Positions 17,661 to 25,202 of a stretch of DNA of 29,526 nt are shown piece by piece; the first letter of the stretch is position 1; each line of letters begins with the position of its first letter. Below the pieces are notes generated by a model, which made no database searches, had not been told where the DNA came from, and worked only from the letters and a program-made list of their open reading frames with translations. The stretch spans positions 1 to 29,526 of the IMG/VR virus record IMGVR_UViG_3300037834_000043; one strand, given 5' to 3'. A program made the position numbers and the translations under genes. The stretch comes from a virus (taxonomy: Duplodnaviria; Caudoviricetes).

Positions 17661-19766
17661 CTAACTGAGCGCTGTCGACTGGCCGTTTGACGGCATTGTC
17701 GTAGGCGCCGGAAGCAGCGCTTGTTTCAATTTCTGCTGGGCGATCTGAAGGTCGATGACCTTGATGTCGCGCTCGACTTTGGCCCTGTCGCGTTCGATCT
17801 CTGCCTGCTCCAGCTCGATCGCCTGTATCTTGGCGTCGTGCTGCGCCTGGCGCGCGGCGGCCTCCTGTTCGGCCTGGGCGCGCACCTGGTCCGGCGTCTG
17901 CGACTGACCGCGGCTTTTCTGCGCCTCGCGGGCGCGCTGGACGAGGCTTTCGACAGCATCCTCGGCCGACTTGCCGAGCTTGTAGATGCGAGCGAAGGCC
18001 CCATAGATTTCGCTGGCGGGCTCGGCCATCTCAGGCGCTTGGGCGACAAGCGGGCCCATCGTCTGGAAGTACTGGCCGGTGCCTCGCATGAACTCGGCCA
18101 TCTCGCCCTTGACCCGGGATAGGTCGGCGCGGACTGTCGAATCGCTCTCGACGTTGACGCGATAGGAGGCGAAGACCGGCCGCCTCATGATGGCGCGCAT
18201 TCCCTCGGTGATCTCGATGCCCGTCATTTCCTGCAGCGTGGCGTCCGAAAACTTACCCGAGCAGATGATTTCCGCCATCAGGCCGAAGGTGTCGCGAACC
18301 AGGCGCTCGATCAGCCGCTGCATTTTCTGGATGCGCAGCGAGCCCCATTGCGTCTTGATCTGCTGGGCGCCGAGCGTTTCGCTGGCTTTCGAAGCGCCGC
18401 GGACGATATCGCTGATGCCGGTGATTTCGTAGATCGATTCCTTGATCTGGTCGCGCTGCGCATACAGTTGCATCAGCGCCTTCACCGCCTGCTCGAGCGG
18501 CCACCACATGATTTGTTTTTCAAGGCCGCCCGTCTGCTCCAGCGCCTCCAGATCGTCGAGCACGATGATTTCGTTGTCGTCGGCCTCGGCCAGCTCGATC
18601 AGCTTTTTCGCCGCGCCGGCGACCATGCCGCGCACCTTCAGCGCCTTCATGATCTTGTTGATGCGCTTGGTGCAGAGGTCCAACTCGTCGGCGAGCTTTC
18701 GATAGATCGAGAACTGGCAAACCGGCTTCATGCTGCCGGTGAGCGTGATCGGTTGCACGATGCGGGGCGTCGGAAAGAATGACCGCAGGCGCAGCGGATC
18801 CTCTACGATCTTGTGCACCTTCCCGCCATCGGCGCGGATGAAATACACCGTCCGCTTGACCTTGCACCAAATTTCCCAGAACTCGACGTCATCGTCAGCT
18901 TTGGCCAGGTCACCGACCTTCCCAGTCTCAACCTGCAACTCGGCCAGCGCCTCGTCGGTGTACTTTTCCTCGAGCGTTTCCCGAGCGACGGCGTGCTTGA
19001 AGGCGATCCACGGCACGTTTTCCCAGCGCTTGGCAGGGCCCATGCGGAAGTCACGCCAGGACACGGCCTCGAATTCGAAATGCTCATCGGTCGGCGGCGT
19101 GCCCTCAGGTCCGAAGATCGCGTCGAACTTCAGACGCAACACGCCGCGGCCGGACAGGAACGAGTCCTGCGAAACGCTCTCAACCTCAACGTCGAGCTTG
19201 TTGTCGTCGATCTGGACCGTGATGGCGCGCTCGATCATGTCGCCGAGCGCCTTCGAATCCTTGTCGAGCTGCAGGCGCTGCTGGTGCGCCTGGGCCGCCT
19301 GCTGGTACTGCGCCAGCGCTGCCTGGGCCTGCGGCGACTTCAGCGCCTGATCGGCCATCTGCTGGCCCTGAGGCGTCAAGGCGAGCTGCTGCGCCTGTTC
19401 TGGCGAGATGCCAGCCTGCTGCGCCGCCTGCATCAGGATTTGCTGAGTCGGATCCTGCGGCGGCTCGCCGATCGCCGTGGTGTAGCGCCGACGCACGTCA
19501 GGAACGGGCGTCGAGTTATAGACCGCCGGCACGATGGTTTCGACGTTCGAAAACAGGATGTTGAAGTCGTAAAGTTGGCCCTCGCCAGCATCCGCCGATG
19601 CGTCACCGGCATATGCCTTTTCAGCCTTGCGAGCCTCTTCGCGCCAATTGGTTTCCCGGGTTTCCGACTGCTTGATGCGCTGCAGCCACTTTTCGGCCAG
19701 GTCCTTCAGGTCGGCAGACGAATAGGCCGGCTGGCCTGCAGTCGAGAGGGTGGCAGCTTCATCCAT
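17661..19766 (-). CDS. Portal protein (701 aa; podoviral, with C-terminal coiled-coil barrel)
   Basis: FNILFSNVETIVPAVYNSTP.PDVRRR, GRGV, EIWCK, FFPTPR, IYEITGISDIVRG..ET..AQQIK. Start taken at MDEAAT. Confidence 0.9.
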   Translation of the reverse strand: MDEAATLSTAGQPAYSSADLKDLAEKWLQRIKQSETRETNWREEARKAEKAYAGDASADAGEGQLYDFNILFSNVETIVPAVYNSTPVPDVRRRYTTAIGEPPQDPTQQILMQAAQQAGISPEQAQQLALTPQGQQMADQALKSPQAQAALAQYQQAAQAHQQRLQLDKDSKALGDMIERAITVQIDDNKLDVEVESVSQDSFLSGRGVLRLKFDAIFGPEGTPPTDEHFEFEAVSWRDFRMGPAKRWENVPWIAFKHAVARETLEEKYTDEALAELQVETGKVGDLAKADDDVEFWEIWCKVKRTVYFIRADGGKVHKIVEDPLRLRSFFPTPRIVQPITLTGSMKPVCQFSIYRKLADELDLCTKRINKIMKALKVRGMVAGAAKKLIELAEADDNEIIVLDDLEALEQTGGLEKQIMWWPLEQAVKALMQLYAQRDQIKESIYEITGISDIVRGASKASETLGAQQIKTQWGSLRIQKMQRLIERLVRDTFGLMAEIICSGKFSDATLQEMTGIEITEGMRAIMRRPVFASYRVNVESDSTVRADLSRVKGEMAEFMRGTGQYFQTMGPLVAQAPEMAEPASEIYGAFARIYKLGKSAEDAVESLVQRAREAQKSRGQSQTPDQVRAQAEQEAAARQAQHDAKIQAIELEQAEIERDRAKVERDIKVIDLQIAQQKLKQALLPAPTTMPSNGQSTALS

Positions 19767-19787
19767 GCCGCCATTGGCGCGATGGAA

Positions 19788-19810
19788 CCGCGAAAATATG
19801 AGGGACTTGC
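19788..19810 (-). promoter_or_regulatory. 23-bp late-gene motif, copy 3
   Basis: Plus strand CCGCGAAAATATGAGGGACTTGC, identical to 4492-4514; 21 nt upstream of the portal ATG. Confidence 0.7.
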
Positions 19811-19828
19811 CGTCTTGGGCGCCCAGCC

Positions 19829-20104
19829 CTAAACGCCCAACCATTTGTCGAGAGCTGCGGATTTGCGGCTCTCGAATTGCGTTGCGGTGATCAGATCCTT
19901 CAGACGCGGATCGCCCTCGGCATACAGCAGCGCGATGCAGGCCACCGCGACGGTGAACGGGATTTCGACTGGCCGGCTGTCTTCACGGCGGACGCCGCGC
20001 TCGTAATTGCCGACCGATCCGGGCGACAGGTCAAGGAGTGCGGCGGCCTCGCCCTGGGAAAGACCGAGCGCTTTGCGCCAGGCTTTGAACTGTTCCGGGC
20101 TCAT
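19829..20104 (-). CDS. XRE-family HTH regulator
   Basis: MSPEQFKAWRKALGLSQGEAAALLDLSPGSVGNYERG is a classic Cro/C1 HTH; GGAG RBS. Confidence 0.9.
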   Translation of the reverse strand: MSPEQFKAWRKALGLSQGEAAALLDLSPGSVGNYERGVRREDSRPVEIPFTVAVACIALLYAEGDPRLKDLITATQFESRKSAALDKWLGV

Positions 20105-20118
20105 GCTATATCTCCGTC

Positions 20119-20260
20119 AGGAGGTGAGACGTTCTGACCTCGGTGGGGCCCGGCCCGAAGGCCGAACCCCTTGGCGTTAGCCGAAGTAGAGGACGATGGT
20201 TAGCGGCCCCATCCTCAACCTCAGCGTCCACCGCCGAAGTTTCATTCCGTCTCACCTCCT
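20119..20260 (-). repeat. 13-bp perfect inverted repeat pairing the micropeptide SD with a downstream anti-SD; encloses a cUUCGg hairpin (20145-20170)
   Basis: Plus strand AGGAGGTGAGACG (20119-20131) and CGTCTCACCTCCT (20248-20260). Confidence 0.88.
20177..20245 (-). CDS. 22-aa micropeptide MKLRRWTLRLRMGPLTIVLYFG (below the size of ORFs in the track)
   Basis: Near-perfect SD AAGGAGGTGA 7 nt before the ATG; TAA stop followed by a stable hairpin. Confidence 0.72.
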   Translation of the reverse strand: MKLRRWTLRLRMGPLTIVLYFG

Positions 20261-20291
20261 TTAGAACCCGGCCCGAATTGGCCGGTGACCT

Positions 20292-20346
20292 GTTATGGCA
20301 TTTCCGTACTGAGTACACAACAATAAAAACGTACTGAGTACGGAAA
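20292..20346 (-). promoter_or_regulatory. Sigma70-like promoter (TTGTGT-N17-CATAAC) with two GTACT-G-AGTAC operators
   Basis: -35 at 20320-20315 and -10 at 20297-20292. Palindromes at 20306-20316 and 20331-20341; 20301-20346 is itself an inverted repeat. Confidence 0.7.
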
Positions 20347-20353
20347 ACTTCGG

Positions 20354-20602
20354 TCAGTCTCCACCCAACATCGAGCCGAAAAGCACACCGGCAGCGAAGC
20401 CATAGCCGCTATCGCTGTTGCCGCTTCGCGACTGATACCCCGAGGTCCGGCTTGGCTAGACATAGACAACGGTCGGCTTACCCCTGATGTCGAAGCCCCA
20501 TCCGTCGCGCTGGCCGAACGCGTACGGCTGGTTCGGCGGCGCCGGATGATCGCTGCTCCATTTCGGCAGTGGCGGCACCTCACGCTGAAGTCGCTTGCCC
20601 AT
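20354..20602 (-). pseudogene. Small ORF interrupted by an in-frame TAG (48 aa + stop + 33 aa)
   Basis: ATG at 20602 with AAGGGG RBS; TAG at 20458-20456; the frame continues to ...SGYGFAAGVLFGSMLGGD-TGA. Confidence 0.45.
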
Positions 20603-20783
20603 CGGCTGCACCCCTTTTCGGTTTGACGAATTTCCACCCGCGACCGGTCCACTCGTAATAGCAGTCGCGGCGGACCGTATCGCCTTCGCGCACGCTGATC
20701 GGGATGCGCTCGCCGTGGCGGTAGGTCAGCAACTGACCGGCATATGGTCCGCCGGTCGCGCGACCAGAGAGCTTTTCAGTCAT
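20580..20783 (-). CDS. Hypothetical protein (67 aa)
   Basis: ATGA overlap with the terL stop; GGPYAG motif and YYEW. Confidence 0.62.
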   Translation of the reverse strand: MTEKLSGRATGGPYAGQLLTYRHGERIPISVREGDTVRRDCYYEWTGRGWKFVKPKRGAADGQATSA

Positions 20784-22390
20784 CGCGCCGTCCTCCGCTT
20801 GATGTGCGCCTGGATCTGGTCGTTGAGCGACATGTTGGCAACGATGCGGCCGTCCGACTGCGCCTCGTAGGCCAGTTCTTTCGGCTTGGGCTTTTGCTCT
20901 TCCTCGTCGCGCCCAGCTGAAATCACGTCGAGCAACTGGCCGATCAATCCCAGCGCGTCGACCTGGTCGTCGTTGACGCCGGCCGGGAAGCCGATCAGCT
21001 CGGCAATGAAAGCCGCCAGCCATTCCGCACCCTTCGGCACCATCAAGCCGTCGGTTGCCATCCTCCCCTGGATCGAGCGCGCCCTGACAGCCTTGTCGTG
21101 CTTCGAAGGGAACTGCTTGCGCCAGACGTGCGCATGGCGTTCACGCATCCGCTTGATCATGAAGGGGCCGACGCCGGCATTGATCTGGCCGGCTTCCTCG
21201 GCCCACCGGTTCGGCTTCCACTTCAGGACGAGATCGCAGAACGCTTCAACCCACTCATCGGACAGCGACTGCTTGCGCCAGACGTCGAGCAGCCACATTC
21301 GGCCCTGCGGATCGATCCCGACCACGATGTGAACGGTGTAGTCGCCGCCGTCCTCGGTGACCGCGTAGTCGGACGCGCCGTAGATCTTCATCGTCGAGCG
21401 CGGCGGCGCCTTCTCGTATTCGTGGAACCAATCCTTGCGGAAGTAGTCGCCTTCGTCCGCTGTCGGCTTTTGCTGGAAGAGCGCCGACCAGGTGCGGGTG
21501 TTCTTCCTATACCGGTCGAAATGCCCGTCTTTGAACCATTCCTTCCAAAGGGGTTCGCCGATCTGGCGGCCGAGCGGATCATCGCGCCGATCGGCGATGG
21601 CTGGCAGGCAGACGATTTTCCACATGAGCCCGTCGCGGCAAAGAATGCGCCCGCTTTCGCCGTTCCAGCCCTCGGGCAGGATCGAACCGGCCAAGTCGCC
21701 ATGGCTCCAGCGCGTGGTGATGATCAGCGTGAAGGCGCCGGGAACGAGACGGGTTGCCAGGTCATCCTCGTAGGCTTCTCGGGTTTTCTTGCGGATTGCC
21801 TCGCTGTCGGCCTCGTCGCGCCCTTTCACCGGATCATCAATGATCAGGCCGTGGGCCCGGTTGCCGGTGATGCCTGACCGGATGCCACCGGCCATGAATT
21901 CCGAGCCGTTGGTCAGCGCCCACTCGTCGGCCGCGCTCGTATCGTTCGATATCTCGCATTTGAAGGTCGACGAGAACTTTTCGCTGCGCACGATCTGGCG
22001 GGCGCGCCGACCCTGCTTGCGTGCGATGTCCGATGCATAGGACGCCAGGATGGTGCGCCGCTCCGGAAACTTCCCCATGAACCAGGTCGGACCGACGACG
22101 CTGCAATAGGTGCTCTTCGCCGATCCTGGCGGCGCGAAGATCATCGCCTGGCGTTCCTTGCCTTCGACCAGGTCTTGGAACGTGTCGAGAAACAGCAGGT
22201 GATGCGCGGCGATCGACGTCTCGATCGGATGGAAGAGCCATTCGTCTTCGTTGTCCGACGCCGGCCGGCCGGGAACGTCTATCGCATTCGCATATGATGC
22301 GAGCTCGGCACGGGCGTAGCGCCGGCGCAGCAGCTCACGCGCGGCCTGATCGACCAGCGCCCGATCTGATAATCCGCTCAAGCTCGTCAT
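20780..22390 (-). CDS. terL: Terminase large subunit
   Basis: Walker A-like APPGSAKST, Walker B LIIDDP, motif III TTRW, nuclease residues SDYA..GDYT and DDQVDAL. Exact start uncertain. Confidence 0.95.
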   Translation of the reverse strand: MTSLSGLSDRALVDQAARELLRRRYARAELASYANAIDVPGRPASDNEDEWLFHPIETSIAAHHLLFLDTFQDLVEGKERQAMIFAPPGSAKSTYCSVVGPTWFMGKFPERRTILASYASDIARKQGRRARQIVRSEKFSSTFKCEISNDTSAADEWALTNGSEFMAGGIRSGITGNRAHGLIIDDPVKGRDEADSEAIRKKTREAYEDDLATRLVPGAFTLIITTRWSHGDLAGSILPEGWNGESGRILCRDGLMWKIVCLPAIADRRDDPLGRQIGEPLWKEWFKDGHFDRYRKNTRTWSALFQQKPTADEGDYFRKDWFHEYEKAPPRSTMKIYGASDYAVTEDGGDYTVHIVVGIDPQGRMWLLDVWRKQSLSDEWVEAFCDLVLKWKPNRWAEEAGQINAGVGPFMIKRMRERHAHVWRKQFPSKHDKAVRARSIQGRMATDGLMVPKGAEWLAAFIAELIGFPAGVNDDQVDALGLIGQLLDVISAGRDEEEQKPKPKELAYEAQSDGRIVANMSLNDQIQAHIKRRTAR

Positions 22391-22838
22391 CCGTCAGTTT
22401 GGTCACGCGCGTCTCGACTGGTCCGCCCTCCTTGCCAGTGAGTTCGGTTCGGTCGGCGAGGCCGAGATCTCGAGCGATGATGTTGGCGTTCAGCAGGTCC
22501 GCCGCGGCGCCCTGGAATTTCTGGGTGCGGACGATCTCGTCCACGCGTGTCGTGATTTCAACAAAGCCTTCTCTGGTCCGGTATGTTGTCCAGGCCTGGA
22601 AACTGATGTCGAGAAATATGACGAGGCCGGTGATCGTCATGGCGCGCATCCGGCGCATCTTCCTGACCGTGACCTTTCCGCCGCTGGCGAAGGCCTTTTC
22701 CTCGTAGAGCGGGTTGGCCTCCACCCATTCGAAATATTCGACGCACGCGCTCCAGAGATCTTCAGGCGTGGCAAAAACCGGTTTGCGGCCGTGGGAGCTG
22801 CGCATCAGCCAGAACTTATTTCCCTTGGGCGCGGCCAT
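22335..22838 (-). CDS. terS: Terminase small subunit, P22 gp3-like
   Basis: [16 protein letters not shown]...[14 protein letters not shown]...MRAMTITGL...[21 protein letters not shown] closely resembles P22 gp3; TAATG coupling. Confidence 0.93.
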   Translation of the reverse strand: MAAPKGNKFWLMRSSHGRKPVFATPEDLWSACVEYFEWVEANPLYEEKAFASGGKVTVRKMRRMRAMTITGLVIFLDISFQAWTTYRTREGFVEITTRVDEIVRTQKFQGAAADLLNANIIARDLGLADRTELTGKEGGPVETRVTKLTDDELERIIRSGAGRSGRA

Positions 22839-23230
22839 TATGTCGATCCTGACCCAACCCACGGCTCAAGCGCCTTCAGGATGCGGTGGCGTACCAGACC
22901 AGTCATCCGCTGCTCGTCGCCCGCATTCAACCTGATTTCGCGGGCATTGGCCGTGAGCAGCATGGGTGTGCCGCTGCCATTTTCGGAAAGCGTGACGTTG
23001 ATGATGTCCGGGCCGACCGGGCCTTCGACCATCCCGACCGTCAGGGGTGGTGAATGGCTTTCTGCTTCGCGCCGCAGGATGCTCAGAAACTGCTCGGAAG
23101 GGGTTCCACCAAGCCTGGGCGCCGCCGGCGCGGATGCTTCGAGCTTGCGTTCGTCGACCGACATCATGGCCAGTACTGGCATAACAGCGGCCACGGGAGC
23201 GGCTCTTAGGAAGGTTCTGCGTGTCGTCAT
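22838..23230 (-). CDS. Hypothetical protein with twin-arginine-like N-terminus (130 aa)
   Basis: [16 protein letters not shown]...; ATGA overlap upstream and TAATG overlap with terS. Confidence 0.7.
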   Translation of the reverse strand: MTTRRTFLRAAPVAAVMPVLAMMSVDERKLEASAPAAPRLGGTPSEQFLSILRREAESHSPPLTVGMVEGPVGPDIINVTLSENGSGTPMLLTANAREIRLNAGDEQRMTGLVRHRILKALEPWVGSGST

Positions 23231-23556
23231 GTCATTTGCTCCTGCGGGAACCGGTTTCTCCACCAATCGACGGGCCGGCGATCGATGCTCATGCCGGCGG
23301 CCGGCGGAAGAATGCCGCCTTCCTCATCGAGGCCTGCCATCGCCGACACGAAAGGCCGCGCGGCGGGCGAGAGAGCCGATTGGCGGCCGGACTGCAGCCT
23401 GGAACCGCGCATCTCCCGCTTGATGCGTCGCCAATTCCTGCCCGCAAATCGACTGGCCGCGTCGATCATGGCGTACTGCACCCGGCCGACCAGGATGACG
23501 TCGGGGCCAGGGTTCCGATCGAAAAGCTGGATCAGCCGCTCAAACTCGGTTTTCAT
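23227..23556 (-). CDS. Hypothetical protein (109 aa)
   Basis: ATGA overlaps at both ends. Confidence 0.55.
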   Translation of the reverse strand: MKTEFERLIQLFDRNPGPDVILVGRVQYAMIDAASRFAGRNWRRIKREMRGSRLQSGRQSALSPAARPFVSAMAGLDEEGGILPPAAGMSIDRRPVDWWRNRFPQEQMT

Positions 23557-23957
23557 TCCTGCACTTTTTCTTTCCGCCGCATCTCTTGCCGGCACTTCTG
23601 CACGGATCGGATGTGCACGCCGAGCAAGGTGGCGATCTCGGACGTTAAGAGCTTCTTCGCGAAAAGCTCTGCTATTTGCTGCCGTCGACCGGCCGCTTGC
23701 AGGCTGGGAATGGGGTTTCGAGTGCGGACAGCACGCGGATCCTGCCGCCGGCGGCCCCATGCGATGTAACCTCGCACGGCGTCTTTCGAGACATCGAGCT
23801 CGACCGCGATCTGCTCGGCGGTTCGATGCTGGGCCCAAAGGGTCAGCGCCTTGTCGCGTCGCCGCAAAACCTCACGATCGGGAAGGTTGCCCTTCCGGTT
23901 CCCCGACGACTGGCGGTAAAACGGCTTGCGCTTCTTCAACAGGCCGGCCCTCAGCAT
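23553..23957 (-). CDS. Double helix-turn-helix protein, candidate late-transcription regulator
   Basis: Two HTH motifs: TAEQIAVELDVSKDAVRGYI and LTSEIATLLGVHIRSVQKC. Start uncertain. Confidence 0.75.
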   Translation of the reverse strand: MLRAGLLKKRKPFYRQSSGNRKGNLPDREVLRRRDKALTLWAQHRTAEQIAVELDVSKDAVRGYIAWGRRRQDPRAVRTRNPIPSLQAAGRRQQIAELFAKKLLTSEIATLLGVHIRSVQKCRQEMRRKEKVQE

Positions 23958-23990
23958 TGTGGCCAGGCGGTCAGCGGAAGCGCACGCTGG

Positions 23991-24085
23991 TGTAGCACTT
24001 TTGTAGCACAAAATGTAGCACGGCCGACGAAAGCGAATGGTGCCGAACACTGACGTGCTACAATTCGTGCTACAAAAGTGCTACA
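23991..24085. repeat. Inverted array of 3+3 TGTAGCAC octamers
   Basis: TGTAGCAC at 23991, 24002 and 24014; GTGCTACA at 24055, 24067 and 24078. Confidence 0.92.
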
Positions 24086-24099
24086 TTTTCGGCGCCAGA

Positions 24100-24288
24100 T
24101 CATCCCGTCACCTCGCCGCGCTTCAGCATTTCGACGCGGCCCAGCGCCGCAGCCCGGATGCTGTCGGCCGAAAAGTGCTCGGCGTGGATCTTGGCCAGAT
24201 AGGCGATGCAGGCCAGCAACTCGTCACGGTCGCAATCGGCGAGAGCCTTTCCACGCCAGGTCATCTCCGAAAGAATGGCGGCGCTCAT
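24100..24288 (-). CDS. Hypothetical protein (62 aa)
   Basis: ATGA overlap with the ParB-like gene stop; helical, protein-like sequence. Confidence 0.65.
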   Translation of the reverse strand: MSAAILSEMTWRGKALADCDRDELLACIAYLAKIHAEHFSADSIRAAALGRVEMLKRGEVTG

Positions 24289-25202
24289 CCTGCAGCCCTC
24301 CGCTGGTCCAGCGCCGACCGCCCGGGTTCGGGATCGCCCATCACCGACTTGGTGACGTTACGCTGGCTCGGGATCGCGTGCGGGACGATGGTGGTGAAGC
24401 TTGCCGCAGGCTCAACAGGCCGCGGCGGCGCTCGGCGCTTACGGGATTTCTGAAACCAGGTGCTCGCCAGCCCCTTCCAGGTCGACACGCAATGCGTCGC
24501 GGCGAACCGCTTGGCCTCGGTTTCGGCTGCCTTGCCCATCGATTTGACGGCCGTGGCCAGATCGTCGAGAGCCAGGCTGTCCCGAAACTCCGGGTCCGTC
24601 ATCAGGTGCTCGACCGCCTTGATGTGCATGGCGGTGATCGGCGCGAAGTCGGTCAGAGCCCTAAGATACGCGATTGCTCGCGTCGGGCCCACGCTGGCCA
24701 GCAGCGCCTGGATTGCGCCGACGGCGATGCTGTCACCTGGCCGATAGGCCCCCGGGTGCTTGGGGATGCGCACGCCGGCGGTCTGGCAGACCTGCAGCAC
24801 CGCTTCCGCCGTGTCGTCGCCGGCGGCGAGCTGCGCGAAGAATAGCTCGAGCGCGCTGACGTTCTTGCGATTGCGGTTGACTGCCACGAATATCCCGGCC
24901 TCTGCGGGCACGTCTTCCGCTTTCACGATGATCGCCGGCACCAAGCTGACCTTCGGATGGCGCTTCGCAGCCGCCAGGCGGTGCTGGCCATCGGTGACAT
25001 GATAGCGACCGTCGGTTTGCGGAACGATCACCAGCGCGCCGAAGGACCGCCAAGAAAAGCCTGCGAGCAGCGTCTCGACGCGAGCGACGTCGAGCGGCCG
25101 CTGATAGAGCGGATCGGCGTCGATCAGATCCTTGTCGATCCAGTCGAGCACAGGCGGTTCGCCGGGATCGGGCAATTCGACGTCAATTGGCTGATCATGC
25201 AT
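24285..25202 (-). CDS. ParB/Srx-like N-terminal domain protein (DUF6551-like)
   Basis: DPLYQRPLD, YHVTDGQHRLAAA, EAGIF..VN; GGAGG RBS. Confidence 0.83.
   Translation of the reverse strand: MHDQPIDVELPDPGEPPVLDWIDKDLIDADPLYQRPLDVARVETLLAGFSWRSFGALVIVPQTDGRYHVTDGQHRLAAAKRHPKVSLVPAIIVKAEDVPAEAGIFVAVNRNRKNVSALELFFAQLAAGDDTAEAVLQVCQTAGVRIPKHPGAYRPGDSIAVGAIQALLASVGPTRAIAYLRALTDFAPITAMHIKAVEHLMTDPEFRDSLALDDLATAVKSMGKAAETEAKRFAATHCVSTWKGLASTWFQKSRKRRAPPRPVEPAASFTTIVPHAIPSQRNVTKSVMGDPEPGRSALDQRRAAG

Noticed and set aside
20294-20300. TATGGCA half-site identical to the Arc operator arm, inside the micropeptide promoter
   Set aside because: The second half-site is absent; a single 7-mer is expected by chance in 29 kb.
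20143-20337. Plus-strand 64-aa ORF behind the AGGAGG at 20119, and the minus-strand 20106-20318 ORF
   Set aside because: The plus-strand AGGAGG is the complement of the anti-SD and is too far from the GTG; both translations are unprotein-like and run through hairpins and operators.
23991-24085. Possible CRISPR array or protelomerase (telRL) site
   Set aside because: Repeats are 8 bp with 3-4 bp spacers and no cas genes are present; the arms are separated by a non-palindromic core and no protelomerase gene is visible.
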